A stretch of 64,000 nt of DNA from the NCBI GenBank assembly GCA_030704615.1, contig CM060733.1, positions 76,260,001 through 76,324,000 on the forward strand, read 5' to 3'. This document shows positions 1-11,172 of this stretch, piece by piece; the first letter of the stretch is position 1, and each line of letters opens with the position of its first letter. Position numbers and translations under genes: made by a program. This DNA comes from Takakia lepidozioides (Eukaryota > Plantae > Bryophyta). The notes under the pieces were generated by a model. It was not told where the DNA came from and searched no databases. It saw only the letters and a program-made list of their open reading frames with translations.

Positions 1-2650
1 GACCTCTGTGCCTGCCTCAAACTTCACTTCCCTCCGCTTCCGATTCGCCTGCCTTTCATACCGTTTCCTAGCTTTGGCAATGTTGTACTTTGCGAGCTTC
101 AACAAACGCTCGCGTTCTTCCAGTACCGCCGCTACTGCCGGTTCCTCAACGTCCTGGGCGGCCCAACTTGTCGGCACCAGAGGTGCTTTTCCATAGACCA
201 ACACAAAAGGGGAAACTCCCGTCGCGGAGTGTTCTGTGTTATTATAACAGAACTCTGCCGCGTCTAAGTGTTCCATCCAGTCTGATTGGTCTGCCGACAC
301 GTAATTCCGCAAGAATTGCTTCACTACGGAATTCACTCTTTCCGTTTGGCCGTCCGTCGTAGGTCGGAAGGCGGTGCTCATCTTCAGCCTCGTCCCCATC
401 TTCTTCCAAAGTGCTCTCCAGAATTTACTCGTAAACTTTGGGTCGCGGTCCGAGACAATATCCTTCGGGACTCCATGATGCTTTAAGACGTGGGCGAAGT
501 AAAGTCGCCCTGTCTCCTGCGCAGTTGCCGTCTCCTTGGTGGGGATGAAATGGGCCATTTTACTGAACCTATCTACCACCACCATGATTGCATCGAATCC
601 TTTTGACAGCGGCATAGCAGTCATGAAATCCATCGAGACGCTTTCCCAAGTCCCCTCTGGAATCGGCAAGGGTTGTAACAGCCCCGCTTGCTTTTTATAC
701 TCGCTCCGGTTTTGTTGGCATGTGGTGCATGTCTTTACATACTCCTCTGCCTCCTCCCTCAGTTTGGGCCAGAAATACTCTTTCTTCAAGAGTGCCGCAG
801 TGCGCTTGGCTCCACCGTGGCCCGCAAGCGGGCTATCATGGCATTCTCTCAAGAGACTATCCCTGATCCCTCCCTTTGGCACATAGAGACGTTTTTGCTT
901 ATACCGGAGCAGTCCGTTTTGCAAGTGGAACTGCGATTTAACCCCCATTCTCAAGTTCTGCATCACGCACTTTGCCAGCTCATCCTTCCGGCAAGCCTTC
1001 CGGATCTTCCTTTGGAGCGCCGTCTCGCCCTTGTACACCAACAAGAGCTGCTGCTTTCTACTTAAAGCATCGGCCACCACATTGTCCCGTCCCGGTTTGT
1101 ACTGGATATCCACGTCGAACACTGCCAAAGTATCTTGCCACCTAAGTTGTTTTGGGGACAACTTGGGCTGCGTGGCAAAATACTTCACCGTGACATTGTC
1201 CGTGAACACCTTCACTGGGTTGGAACCAACATAGTGGCGCCAGAGTTCAAGGCAATGTACCACCGCCTTCATCTCTTTTTCGTGCGTCGGCCACCGTCGC
1301 TCCACTTCATTCAGTTTCTTACTTTCGTAAGCCACTGGACGTCCATCTTGCATAAGTACACCCCCAATTGCGAAGTCCGATGCATCTGTATGAATCTCAA
1401 ACGGACGATCGAACTCCGGGATTTTTAAGACTGGAGCTTCCGTCATCCGCTGCTTCAATTCAGCAAAAGCTTGGCCACAAAATGTGTTCCATACCCAGAC
1501 TTTGGATTTACACAGAAGGTCCGACAGCGGCCCCGCGATCTTGGCGAAATTTCTCACATACTTCCGGTAATAGGAGGCGAGTCCTAGGAAGGATCGCACT
1601 CCCGGGACCGAAGTCGGAGGCTCCCAGTCCAAGATCGCCCTCACCTTTCTGTCATCCATTTTGATCCCATCCTGTGTAATCACGTGCCCCAAGAACTCCA
1701 CTTTTGTGACCCCGAATTCGCACTTTGAAGCTTTGGCATACAGCTTCCCTTCTCGCAATTTTTGGAACACCCTTTTGAGGTGCTCCAGGTGCTCCTCCTT
1801 TGTTTTCGAGTACACCAAGATGTCGTCGATGTACACGATCACAAAGTCATCCAACCACTCCTGGAAAAGGCTGTTCATCAGCGTGCTAAATGTCGCTGGT
1901 GCATTGGTGAGCCCAAAAGGCATCACCAAGAACTCATATGAACCATACCTTGTCCTGCACGCGGTCTTCTCCTCATCTCCTTCCGCCACCCGAATTTGGT
2001 GATAGCCGGAGCGCAAGTCGATCCGGCTGAAATACTTCGCTCCTGCCAACCGATCGAAGAGGTCGTCGATCCTTGGCAAAGGGTACCGGTTTTTGATAGT
2101 CACCTTATTCAGAGCCCTGTAATCGACACACATCCGCAGCGTCCCATCCTTCTTGTCTGCAAATAGCACCGGGGCTCCGTAAGGTGACTTACTCGGCCGG
2201 ATGTACCCCTTTGACATTAGATCTTTGAGCTGAGTCTTCAGCTCGACCAACTCTTTGTGGCTCAACCGGTAGGGCGCCTTGGCAGGCGGTTCCGATCCCG
2301 GTATCACCTCAATTTTGTGGTCAACTCCTCTTCGCGGTGGCAAGCCGCTTGGTAAATCCTCCGGCATCACATCCTGGTATTTCTCCAAAATCCCCTTGAT
2401 CCAATCTGGGCTCGGCTCCCCATCGCCTTCTCCTTTCACTTCTCTAATGTAAAGCAAAAACTGGGACTCGTGTGTCTCCTCCACGGCCCACTCCTTTGCT
2501 GATAGAAGGTTTATTCGCCCTCCCACGGATTTGGGCGTTTCCGACACTCGTAAAACCTCGCCACCATTCCCACATGGCAGCGTGACTACTCTCTTGCGGC
2601 CATCTATGACCGCTCCGGATTTGCTCAAAAAGGTCATTCCCAAAATGAGA
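1..2650 (-). CDS. pol: pol (end of protease, RT, RNase H, integrase) of the chromovirus-like element, open to the window edge
   Basis: Manual translation gives [50 protein letters not shown]. No minus-strand ORF is called here, consistent with a frame that reaches the edge without a stop. Joined to gag-PR by a 1-bp deletion at about 2652 (DGV-DLILG). Confidence 0.9.
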
Positions 2651-4130
2651 TCACTCCATCGATCTCGCAGATAGTGAAGTTCTCACGTCCCTCCCAACTC
2701 CCCAGTTGAAGAGGAACATCAAACGCCAACCTTGTCGCCAACTGAGGTTCTCCTTTGGCAGAGCGCACCTCAATAGAGGCCCCCACGTCACTTGTCGGGA
2801 GTCCCAACTTTCGCGCCGCCGCCGGCGTCATGAAGGAGTGCGACGCTCCTGTGTCCACCAACAACGACACATTAGTTCCGGATATTATCCCATCCACGAA
2901 CAATAACTGACTCCCTTTTCGTAAGGCGCCAGTTTCCTGATACAACTCACAAGAAAATTTGCCTACCTTGCAAGTCCTGGCGACCACCGCTTCCACCAAG
3001 CGACTGATGGTATCTTTCGACAGCTCCGTGGTCGCCCGAGTCATGTTCAATTGCCGGGGCTTCGTGCACTTCTTGGCCATGTGCCCGGGCTCCCCGCAAT
3101 TGAAACACACTCCATCAAAGGTCGCCTTCTGTCCGCCATAAGTCGCTCCACCCGCTTTTCCTTTCGAAGCACCGGGTGCCGCCTTGACGTGTGAAGGACC
3201 TCCCTTCGATTTCCACGTGCCATTTTCGCCGCGTGGCCTATCCCACTTCTTTTCCGGTCGGGAGGAGTCACCTTCCCGCCGGGTCTTCTTGTGGTTCAGC
3301 TCCGTACGGCCTTGTCTCTCACCCCTAGGGACATCCGAGAAACATTCAGCTCTCTCAATTGCCTCGTTCAAAGTCTTGGGTGGCTTCTCCTCCAACTTCC
3401 GCCTAGCCCATGGGGCCAGTCCCGCCACAAAGTTGAAGACCATTTCTGGTTCTGCCATGTCCGCGACTTCGAGCAACAGCACATTGAAAGCCTGGACATA
3501 CCCTCGAATGTCATCTGTTTGCTTCAAATTCCTCATCTTGTCCCGGGCAAGCCAGGATGCGTTGAGGGGCACAAACTGTCTCTTCATCAATTCCTTGAAC
3601 TCACTCCAGTTCAAGGTTTCCGGGCTTGGGCCTCGGTCGTGAAGGCGTTTCTGCCACCATTGTTGAGCATAGCCCCTCAAATAGGTGGGAGCCACTTCCA
3701 CCCGATCCTCGTCACTCAACTTGGCCGCCCGGAAGTACTGCTCTAGCTCCAGGAGCCAGGTGTTGAGTGCCTTCCGGTTTCGAACGCCCTCAAAGGTGCC
3801 GGGTTCCTTAGGCTTCACCTTAAACTTTGCCTTGGTGGAAGTGGCATTAGCCGCCTTCAACACGTCTTTCAACGTCCCGCCAAACTGCGCCAACAACCCT
3901 TCCCAAAAGGCTGCCGGCATGGGAGGCATCTCTTGGTTTGTCGGAGCTCTCAAAGATTCCTCGGGCTCCGACTCCTCGGATTCCTCCCGCTCCTGAGCGG
4001 CCTCGTTTTCGGAAACATTAATCGCTTCCTCAAACGGCCGCCTCGGTGACACGTCGCCCCCATCGGGCTCACCGGGATCATCATCTTTTGGGCCGTTCCG
4101 CTTTCGCTTCGGCTTGCCCGACCCCATGAT
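2634..4130 (-). CDS. gag: gag-protease of the chromovirus-like element
   Basis: ORF 2634..4190: [17 protein letters not shown] capsid start, [14 protein letters not shown] zinc knuckle, [11 protein letters not shown] aspartic protease. The likely start is the first ATG after the PBS. Confidence 0.9.
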   Translation of the reverse strand: MMGSGKPKRKRNGPKDDDPGEPDGGDVSPRRPFEEAINVSENEAAQEREESEESEPEESLRAPTNQEMPPMPAAFWEGLLAQFGGTLKDVLKAANATSTKAKFKVKPKEPGTFEGVRNRKALNTWLLELEQYFRAAKLSDEDRVEVAPTYLRGYAQQWWQKRLHDRGPSPETLNWSEFKELMKRQFVPLNASWLARDKMRNLKQTDDIRGYVQAFNVLLLEVADMAEPEMVFNFVAGLAPWARRKLEEKPPKTLNEAIERAECFSDVPRGERQGRTELNHKKTRREGDSSRPEKKWDRPRGENGTWKSKGGPSHVKAAPGASKGKAGGATYGGQKATFDGVCFNCGEPGHMAKKCTKPRQLNMTRATTELSKDTISRLVEAVVARTCKVGKFSCELYQETGALRKGSQLLFVDGIISGTNVSLLVDTGASHSFMTPAAARKLGLPTSDVGASIEVRSAKGEPQLATRLAFDVPLQLGSWEGRENFTICEIDGVISFWE

Positions 4131-4168
4131 GAGGCCAATCCCAAGGACGATCGCGTACTGAACTCTAA

Positions 4169-4180
4169 GCTCTGATACCA
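4169..4180 (-). promoter_or_regulatory. Primer binding site complementary to tRNA-iMet
   Basis: Minus strand reads TGGTATCAGAGC, 2 nt inside the LTR end. Confidence 0.95.
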
Positions 4181-4182
4181 AG

Positions 4183-4906
4183 TGTCGCACACCTCAGTTC
4201 GGTAAACTCCCCTTCAAGTCATAGTTACTCGCTTTGATGCGCGCGCCTGACTCCCAACCTGGCCGCCGGGCCAACTTGGAGTTTCGGCTGCTCACCGGGA
4301 CATAACGGTCCCCTTCCGCTTCCCTCTAAACCCTCCACCTATTTGGGACTAGGAGAATTCCCTTTGGTAGATGGCAGTCCGGAACAGCTCCCCACTCTTT
4401 GGTCGCTTTCCGGCTCGCTCGCTTACTCACTAGTTTTTGGTCACCAACGGGCTTGCACCGTTCTCGGGGTTACTACTCCCTATATATACTTCTGTAGCTG
4501 TCCGCGGGGGTTTCATAACCAGCCATGCCATTTTATGGCGAACCACCACGAAAACCCTCGACTCCCGGTGGTGAGTCGCGGTGAGTCTTGGCCCACTCAC
4601 CGCGGCCCCAATGGACCGTGATGAGTCCCAAGACTCCCCACGACTCCCACCTCGAGGTCTCCACCCCATGGTGAGTCCTATGCCACCCCCACTAAGTCCC
4701 ACTAAGCTACCACCACCCCTTGTGGAGCCACCTCCACCGCAACCCGGTGTGCGGGGCTCCACCTAGTGAGCGCCTCCGCCTCCTTGAGTGCCTTGGGCAC
4801 TCAAGGGTGCTTCAGCCCCCCATACCTATCGCTGCCGCTGCCCCCACCACAGGGGCAGCCCCTCATGTGTCCCGACCCCCTGCCCTCAAGGCAAAGGGCC
4901 GCGACA
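4183..4906 (-). repeat. 5' LTR (724 bp) of the chromovirus-like element
   Basis: TGTCGC...GCGACA inverted termini, PBS-adjacent, TATA-like TATATATA at about 4481-4488; interrupts the gag of the next element. Confidence 0.85.
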
Positions 4907-7900
4907 CAGAAGGTAGGGCCACAGATGGCGTTACAACCAACACGGGCAAAACCACCCTTTCCAATATATTCAGGAAAAGGGGATCCCGATGTACACATTA
5001 GCCAATTTGAGCACATGTGTATAGTGAACAATGAGAATGGCGATGATGCCAAGATGAGACTGTTTCCTTGTTCACTTATCAAGAAAGCAAGTGAATGGTA
5101 TGCAAGATTCCCTGATAATCATTTCCTAACCTGGAATGGCTTGAATACAGCATTTCGAAATAGGTTCAGGACAAGTAAAACTGAGGATGAAGTGTATGGA
5201 AGTTTACAACAGCTGAAGCAAAAGAAGCATGAAACTGTTGAAGAGTATATGGAGAAGATGGAATTGATGATGAAAAAGCTGGCTGCAGTACCAGCGCCCG
5301 GTTTACAGAAGACTTGGTTTGTGAGTGGACTAAGACCAGAGTTGCAAAAGAAAGTGGATATGTTACCCCATAATACAGTGGAGGAGGCATTTGAAACTGC
5401 AAACAGAATTGAGCAATTGGGAATGCTCAGGAGAGAGAAAAAAGAAGATGAGGACTCTGAGGATGAGTGAGATGAAGAAGAAGAGCAAGAACTAAAAGAA
5501 AGATTAAGAGAAAGGAGAAGTTGAAGAGGGATAACTATGAAAAAAAATTGGAAGAAATCTTGAAGAAGTATGCCACAGAGGCTGCAACACATTGGCGGAA
5601 GGGTGTTTGGTGTGCAAAGTGCCAGAATGAAGGCCATACCACCACAGAATGCCACATGAAGGAGAAACACTGTACTATCTGTAAAATGGATAACCATTCT
5701 ACTGAGAATTGTTACTACAACAGAAGGACAGCTGCAAGAGAACCTAGGCAAGTAAGGGTGCATCAAGTGCAGCCCCAGCCAAGAAGAAACAATGATCAGG
5801 ACCACTATGGTAGGTCTGGTGGTTATAACAATGGCATGGAAGGGAGAGGTAATTCAAGAGGGAATTACCAAGGAAATTCCAGAGGCAACTATCAGGGTAA
5901 TCCAAGGGGGAATTACCAGCCCGGGAATCAGGATTATAGAAATAATCCAAGAACAGACCAAGGGCGAGGACCCAATGGTGAAGAGCTATGTTACTATTGT
6001 AATCAGCCAGGACATCGCAAGGCAGCCTGTTCATTCTGGATAAGACACCAGAATGAGATGAGAGCTCCTGTGAATGAGGGCCCAGTGGTGGCAGCTCACA
6101 TGGTTAGGCCATGTGTTGTACCAGAAGTAAGTACAATGATAGTAACAAGAAGTAAAGCCAAACTAATACCTCCAGTAGAAGAGGAAGAAGATGAGAATGG
6201 AAGTGGCAATGATATGCCTGAAGATGAAGAGACTTGGAAAGATGAGAAGGAACTGCACAAGGAAGTGGCAGATACTATAAGGGAAATGCAAAAGAGTACT
6301 GATATTCCTGTGGCAGATTCCTCTGATTCGGATGGAGAAAAAGAAGGGAGTGAGGAAGAAAGGAAAAAAGAAGATGCAGACATGCAAAGTAATGAAGAGA
6401 CTTTGGCTGAAGTAATATGCCAGACCAAAGCAGAAATTACCATTGGACAGCTATTAGCTGTGGCACCTTATTGTAGGCACAGGCTGTATCAAGCAATCAA
6501 TCGAATTGCCCAAGAGACAAGAAACACAGACCTGAACAGCAAGGTGACCAGTTATAATGTGAAGCCGGAAGGGCGAGAAACAGTCATGGACTTGATGATT
6601 CTATGCCAGTAATCCAATTGAGAATTGGAAGCACAGAACTAACTGATGTACTGATAGATGGTGGTTCTAGAGTAAATATCATGACAGACCAATTAAGGAA
6701 GAAACTTGGTCTAAGTAACATGAAACCAACCCCATTTACAGTAACAATGGCAGATCAAAGAAGTGTACAGCCATTGGGATTAATAAGAGGAGTTAAGATA
6801 CAGATACAGAAAATGATCTTTATGATCACAGTAATTGTATTAAAAATGGATGAAGTCATGGAGGCTTACTCCTTATTATTGGGACGTCCGTGGCTGAAAC
6901 AGGCCAGGGTATTCCATGACTGGAATTCTCAGTTACTAACCGTGCATAATGGGATACACGAGATACAAATTACCACAAAGAAATCTAGTAGATTACCTGC
7001 TACAAGAAGACCTCGAGGAGTCACAGAGTATGACTGGAAAGGAGGACTGGATGAAGAGCAGGAAGCTACCCTATTTGCTGCACACCCAGAGTGGGAGCAG
7101 GTTGCAGAGATGCGGCTTGAAAGCCTAAGTTGTTTGAGAGGTATCTGCTGTGGTGTAGTGACAGCAACACCAACTGAAGAGGAAACCAGCATTTACCCAT
7201 CACATTTCTATGAAGAAAGAGAAGGAGAAATAGAAATCCTAGAAGAACCAGCCACTGTGAGCTTACAGGATGAAGTGGTGACTGGTTGGACAATCACAGC
7301 TGATAAGCAGGTGAGGGAAGTAAATGTGGGAACTAAAGAGGAACCGAGGATGGTGAAAGTAGGAGCTGATTTGGAGCCGGAATTCTTCGAAGAAGCTAAA
7401 AGCTTGTTCATCAAATACAGAGATGTATTTGCTTGGAGCTATGAGGATCTAAAAGGGATACCACCTGAAGTCTGTCAGCATAAGATTGAACTGGAACCAG
7501 GGTCAGTACCAATCAAGCAGGCGAGGTATAGAATGAATCCCAACTACGCACAGAAGGTTGGAGAAGAGATAAAGAAGTTGGCTGAGGCTAAGTTTATATA
7601 CCCAATAGAGTATACAACTTGGTTGTCACCCATTGTTATAGTTCCCAAGAAGAATGGCAAACTAAGAGTATGTGTGAACTATAAGAAGCTGAATGCTTGT
7701 ACGAAGAAAGATCATTTCCCTTTGCCATTCACAGAAGCAGTATTAGACACTGTGGCAGGCCATGAGATGTACTCATTCATGGATGGCTTCAGTGGTTATA
7801 ATCAAGTGCAAGTGGCAGAAGAAGACCAAGGGAAAACAGCTTTCATCACAAATTGGGGGGCTTATGCATACAAACTCATGCCCTTTGGACTCTGTAATGC

Positions 7901-7982
7901 ACCAGCGACCTTTCAGAGAGTGATAAGTGAATCTTTTCATGAGTATCTGGATGATTTCATGCAGGTATTCTTGGATGATTTC
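4907..7982 (+). pseudogene. gag-PR-RT of family B copy 1 (stop, frameshifts, RT truncated)
   Basis: ORFs 4766..5470, 5521..6612, 6603..8021; CYYCNQPGHRKAAC; KDHFPLPF; MDGFSGYNQ; MPFGLCNAPATFQR; ends at FLDDF. Confidence 0.9.
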
Positions 7983-10900
7983 TTAACCCTGAGTTTTAAA
8001 GAAACTCCCTTCTTGGAATAAGTCCCCTATTTGCAGTCTTGCCCTGTGTTCCTCCACATGCACCTGACCTGCTGGCAATCGAAACAATTGCTGGAGGTAT
8101 AGGGGAGTAATCATCAATTCAACTCCCTTCACCGTTGTTGTTCATGCCCTTGGCTCAAAGTTCTACAAAAATTGTAACATGTACTGTCTATGGTGTAATG
8201 TCCAATCTAGGCTTTACAATCCTTGCAATCTCAGCTCCTTCAGTAACTGTATCGCCTGTGGGGTAGCAATTGTTTGTTTATGCAGAATTGTGGTGCTCTT
8301 CACCCTGATTTCCTCCATTCCTCTCACTCTCTTCATTTTAGACTCACAGAACTGTTTTGGCTGTAACAACTGCAGGAATGCCTGTAGTGCACAAAGCATA
8401 AACGTATGGTTGCCGCAGAAAGCTATGGGTAATTTCTTGTAAGCCTGCGGGGCTTGCAAGCATCGCTCAAGAGAAAAGCTCCGCTCTGTCCTTTCGTGTC
8501 TATGCCACTGCGTAAGTAATATTGCGAGCGTATAGTCTGTTAGTTCCTCCATAGTTTCCAAGCTATAGCATTGATGGTCTGTCCCGTCGAGACGCCCATT
8601 ACTCAGAACGACGCCGCCTCTTGCGCTTAATTTCCCTCCATTTTCTTGATCCTTTCTCTGGTTTTCTATTGGCTGTATCCGCTGTGACTGGATTTTAGAT
8701 TTTATTTTCTTTAGTGGACTTTCTCTGTTGGATAGTCCACTAGGATCACACATGTGACAAGAATTCCGCTTTTCTGTACTTGCCGTTCGTTCCGTTTCCT
8801 TTTTTCCGTATTCATTAATGGGCCCGCCTTTCATCCCTTTTGACGGCCGTTCTTGTCCTCTTTCTTTTTGACACCTGTTCTTGCACTTCCTTCTCGGCTG
8901 TGTGTCGCGCCCTGACCTCCACGTGTCTATTTTTAAAGTAATTTCCGTTTTCTCTTCCGTCAGCCATTTTCCTGAAGTTATTATGCGTCCACTTGTCACT
9001 GATTCTATGGATCGTGTAACTTTAGTAGGCTGTGTTGAGCTGTGACAGGCTGTGTCATACTGTGTTACGCTGTGATAGGCTGTGATGCACTGTGGTAAGC
9101 TGTGATAGGCTGTGACACGCTGTGGTAGGTTGTGATAGGCTGTGTTGCGCCGTGCTGGGCTGTGATAGGCTGTGTCACGTTGTGATGGGCTGTGATAGGC
9201 TATGTCACGTCGTGATGGGCTGTGATAGGCTGTGTCACGTCGTGATGGGCTGTGATAGGCTGTGTCACGTTTGTTTTGCCCGCCCTGGTCATATATGCTG
9301 GGCCTAGCGACAAGTGCTCCATACTCCGTTCGTAACACTGGTGCAGCCCGTGACTGCTCTTGCGGTTCAACATGCAAATCATGCTGCAAGGGTTTGTCAT
9401 GGATACCACTGTACCCCTTCAACTTATTGGCATTGACTCTTCCCAGCATTTCTTTGTTAATGGTTTGTAACATGGCGGTGTTGTTATCATACATCTTTTG
9501 TATGACATAAGGTCCTTTCCATGGTGATTTAAGCTTAGAAGCTTGAATCTTTCCTTTCTTCTGCAACCATAGAACCAAATCCCCCGTCTTAAAAGTCTTT
9601 AACTTGCCTTCATCAAACTGTTCCTTTCGCTTCATCTGAATTCTGGTCATATTATCAGCTGCATCAGCACGTACTTCTTCCACATGGTATAATTCATGTT
9701 TCCTGACCTTGATGGAGTCTTGCAATTCCATTCTCTTTCCCCACTCCGTTCTCATGGTAGGTAACAGGAATTCCACTGGAAGTAAGGCTTCCATACCATA
9801 AACTAATTGGAATGGTGTATACTTAGTGGTGACTTTATATGAAGTCATGTATGACCACAAAGCTGTCAGCAGCTTTGTATCCCAATCCGTTCTGTTTGCA
9901 TTGACTATCTTAGCCAAGATAGTACATAGTATTTTGTTGGTAGCCTCTGCCTGCCCATTACCCTGTGGGTAATATGTTGTACTCTTTCTATGCACAATCA
10001 TAAACTCTTTAGTCAACAACTCAATGGTCTCATTCATGAAGTGACTTCCCTGATCACTGATAAATTCTAAGGGACAGCCAAATCGTGTAAGTATGTTCTC
10101 GTACAGGAACCTTGCTGTGGACTTGGCTGTGTTGTCCCTCAAAGCTTTAGCTTCCACCCACTTTGTAGTATAATCAGTGGCTGTAATTATGTACCTGTTT
10201 CGTGTATTCTTGGATGGTGGGTTAATTGGTCCAACAAAGTCTAGTCCCCATTTCTGAAATGGTTCCATAGGCATTGTAGGATGCAAGGCCATCCTTCCAG
10301 ATCTCTGCAAAGGTCCTAGCCTCTGACATTCATCACACTTCTGACAATACTCGTGTACATCTTTGAACAAAGTAGGCCACCAGTATCCTGCGAGTAGTAT
10401 CTTTCTACTGGTAGTCTCTTCTCCAAAATGACCTCCAGCCACTCCTTTATGAACTTCCGCCAAAACTTTATTTACTTCATGGTGGTACAAGCATCGTTTT
10501 AGTACTCCATCAGGTCCTAACTTATACATTCTGTTTCCTACCATAGTATAAGGTAAAGCTTTGATAGCGATTCTCTTCCTCTGCTCCTTACCATAACTAG
10601 GTGGGCACTGACCATGAGCAAGGTAGTATCTGATTGGCCACTGCCAATCTAACCAATCATCTGCACTTCCCTGCACCTCCACTGCAAAGAGACTCGCATC
10701 TGGTAATTGATCATCTTTTCCTGTGGCTGGTTCTCCTGTTGACAATCGTGACAAATGATCCGCCACAAGATGCAGTCTCCCAGGCTTGTAAACAACCTCG
10801 AACTCAAACTCGTGCAAGATTATCAACCATCTTGCTATTCTTCCGCTTACCAAAGGTTTGTTTACCAGGTATATCAGAGCCTGGTGATCCACATAGAACA

Positions 10901-11172
10901 TAAACTTCTTGCCCAACAGGTAATGCCTGAATTTCTTCACTGCATAGATCATTGCCAATGCTTCTCTTTCCGTTGTGCTATAGTTCCTTTCAGCACTGTT
11001 CATCAACCGGCTAGCATAGTACACAAGTGAATCTATATTCCCTGTAACATTCTGGGCTAACACCGCTCCCAACGCTTCTCCTGATGCATCGCAGTGAACA
11101 TGGAATACTACATGCCAGTGAGGGTTAATCAGCACAGGTGTAGTTGTTACTGACAGTGTAAGTTCCTCAAAA
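7983..11172 (-). pseudogene. Inverted segment: RNase H-integrase plus N-terminus of the extra ORF
   Basis: ORF 8214..11135: HCDASG, NYSTTEREALA, HHCC zinc finger, GLDFVGP, SDQGSHF, YYPQGNGQAE, GPY. Its C-terminal part matches 33243-33695. Confidence 0.9.
9027..9270. repeat. 30-bp tandem repeat (about 8 units) built of CACAGC decamers after integrase
   Basis: Unit TGTGATGGGCTGTGATAGGCTGTGTCACGT; translates as (RDTAYHSPSR)n. Confidence 0.9.

Larger units (their letters stand above)
1..4906 (-). mobile_element. Ty3/Gypsy LTR retrotransposon (chromovirus-like), 5' LTR through integrase; 3' part runs off the window
   Basis: LTR, iMet PBS, gag with CCHC knuckle, protease LVDTGA, RT (YIDDILVY), RNase H and integrase in Gypsy order on the minus strand. 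Confidence 0.95.

Noticed and set aside
8-3996. Plus-strand ORFs over the first retrotransposon
   Set aside because: Antisense shadows of gag-pol.
4766-4906. N-terminus of the 234-aa ORF
   Set aside because: LTR sequence fused by insertion to the interrupted gag of family B.
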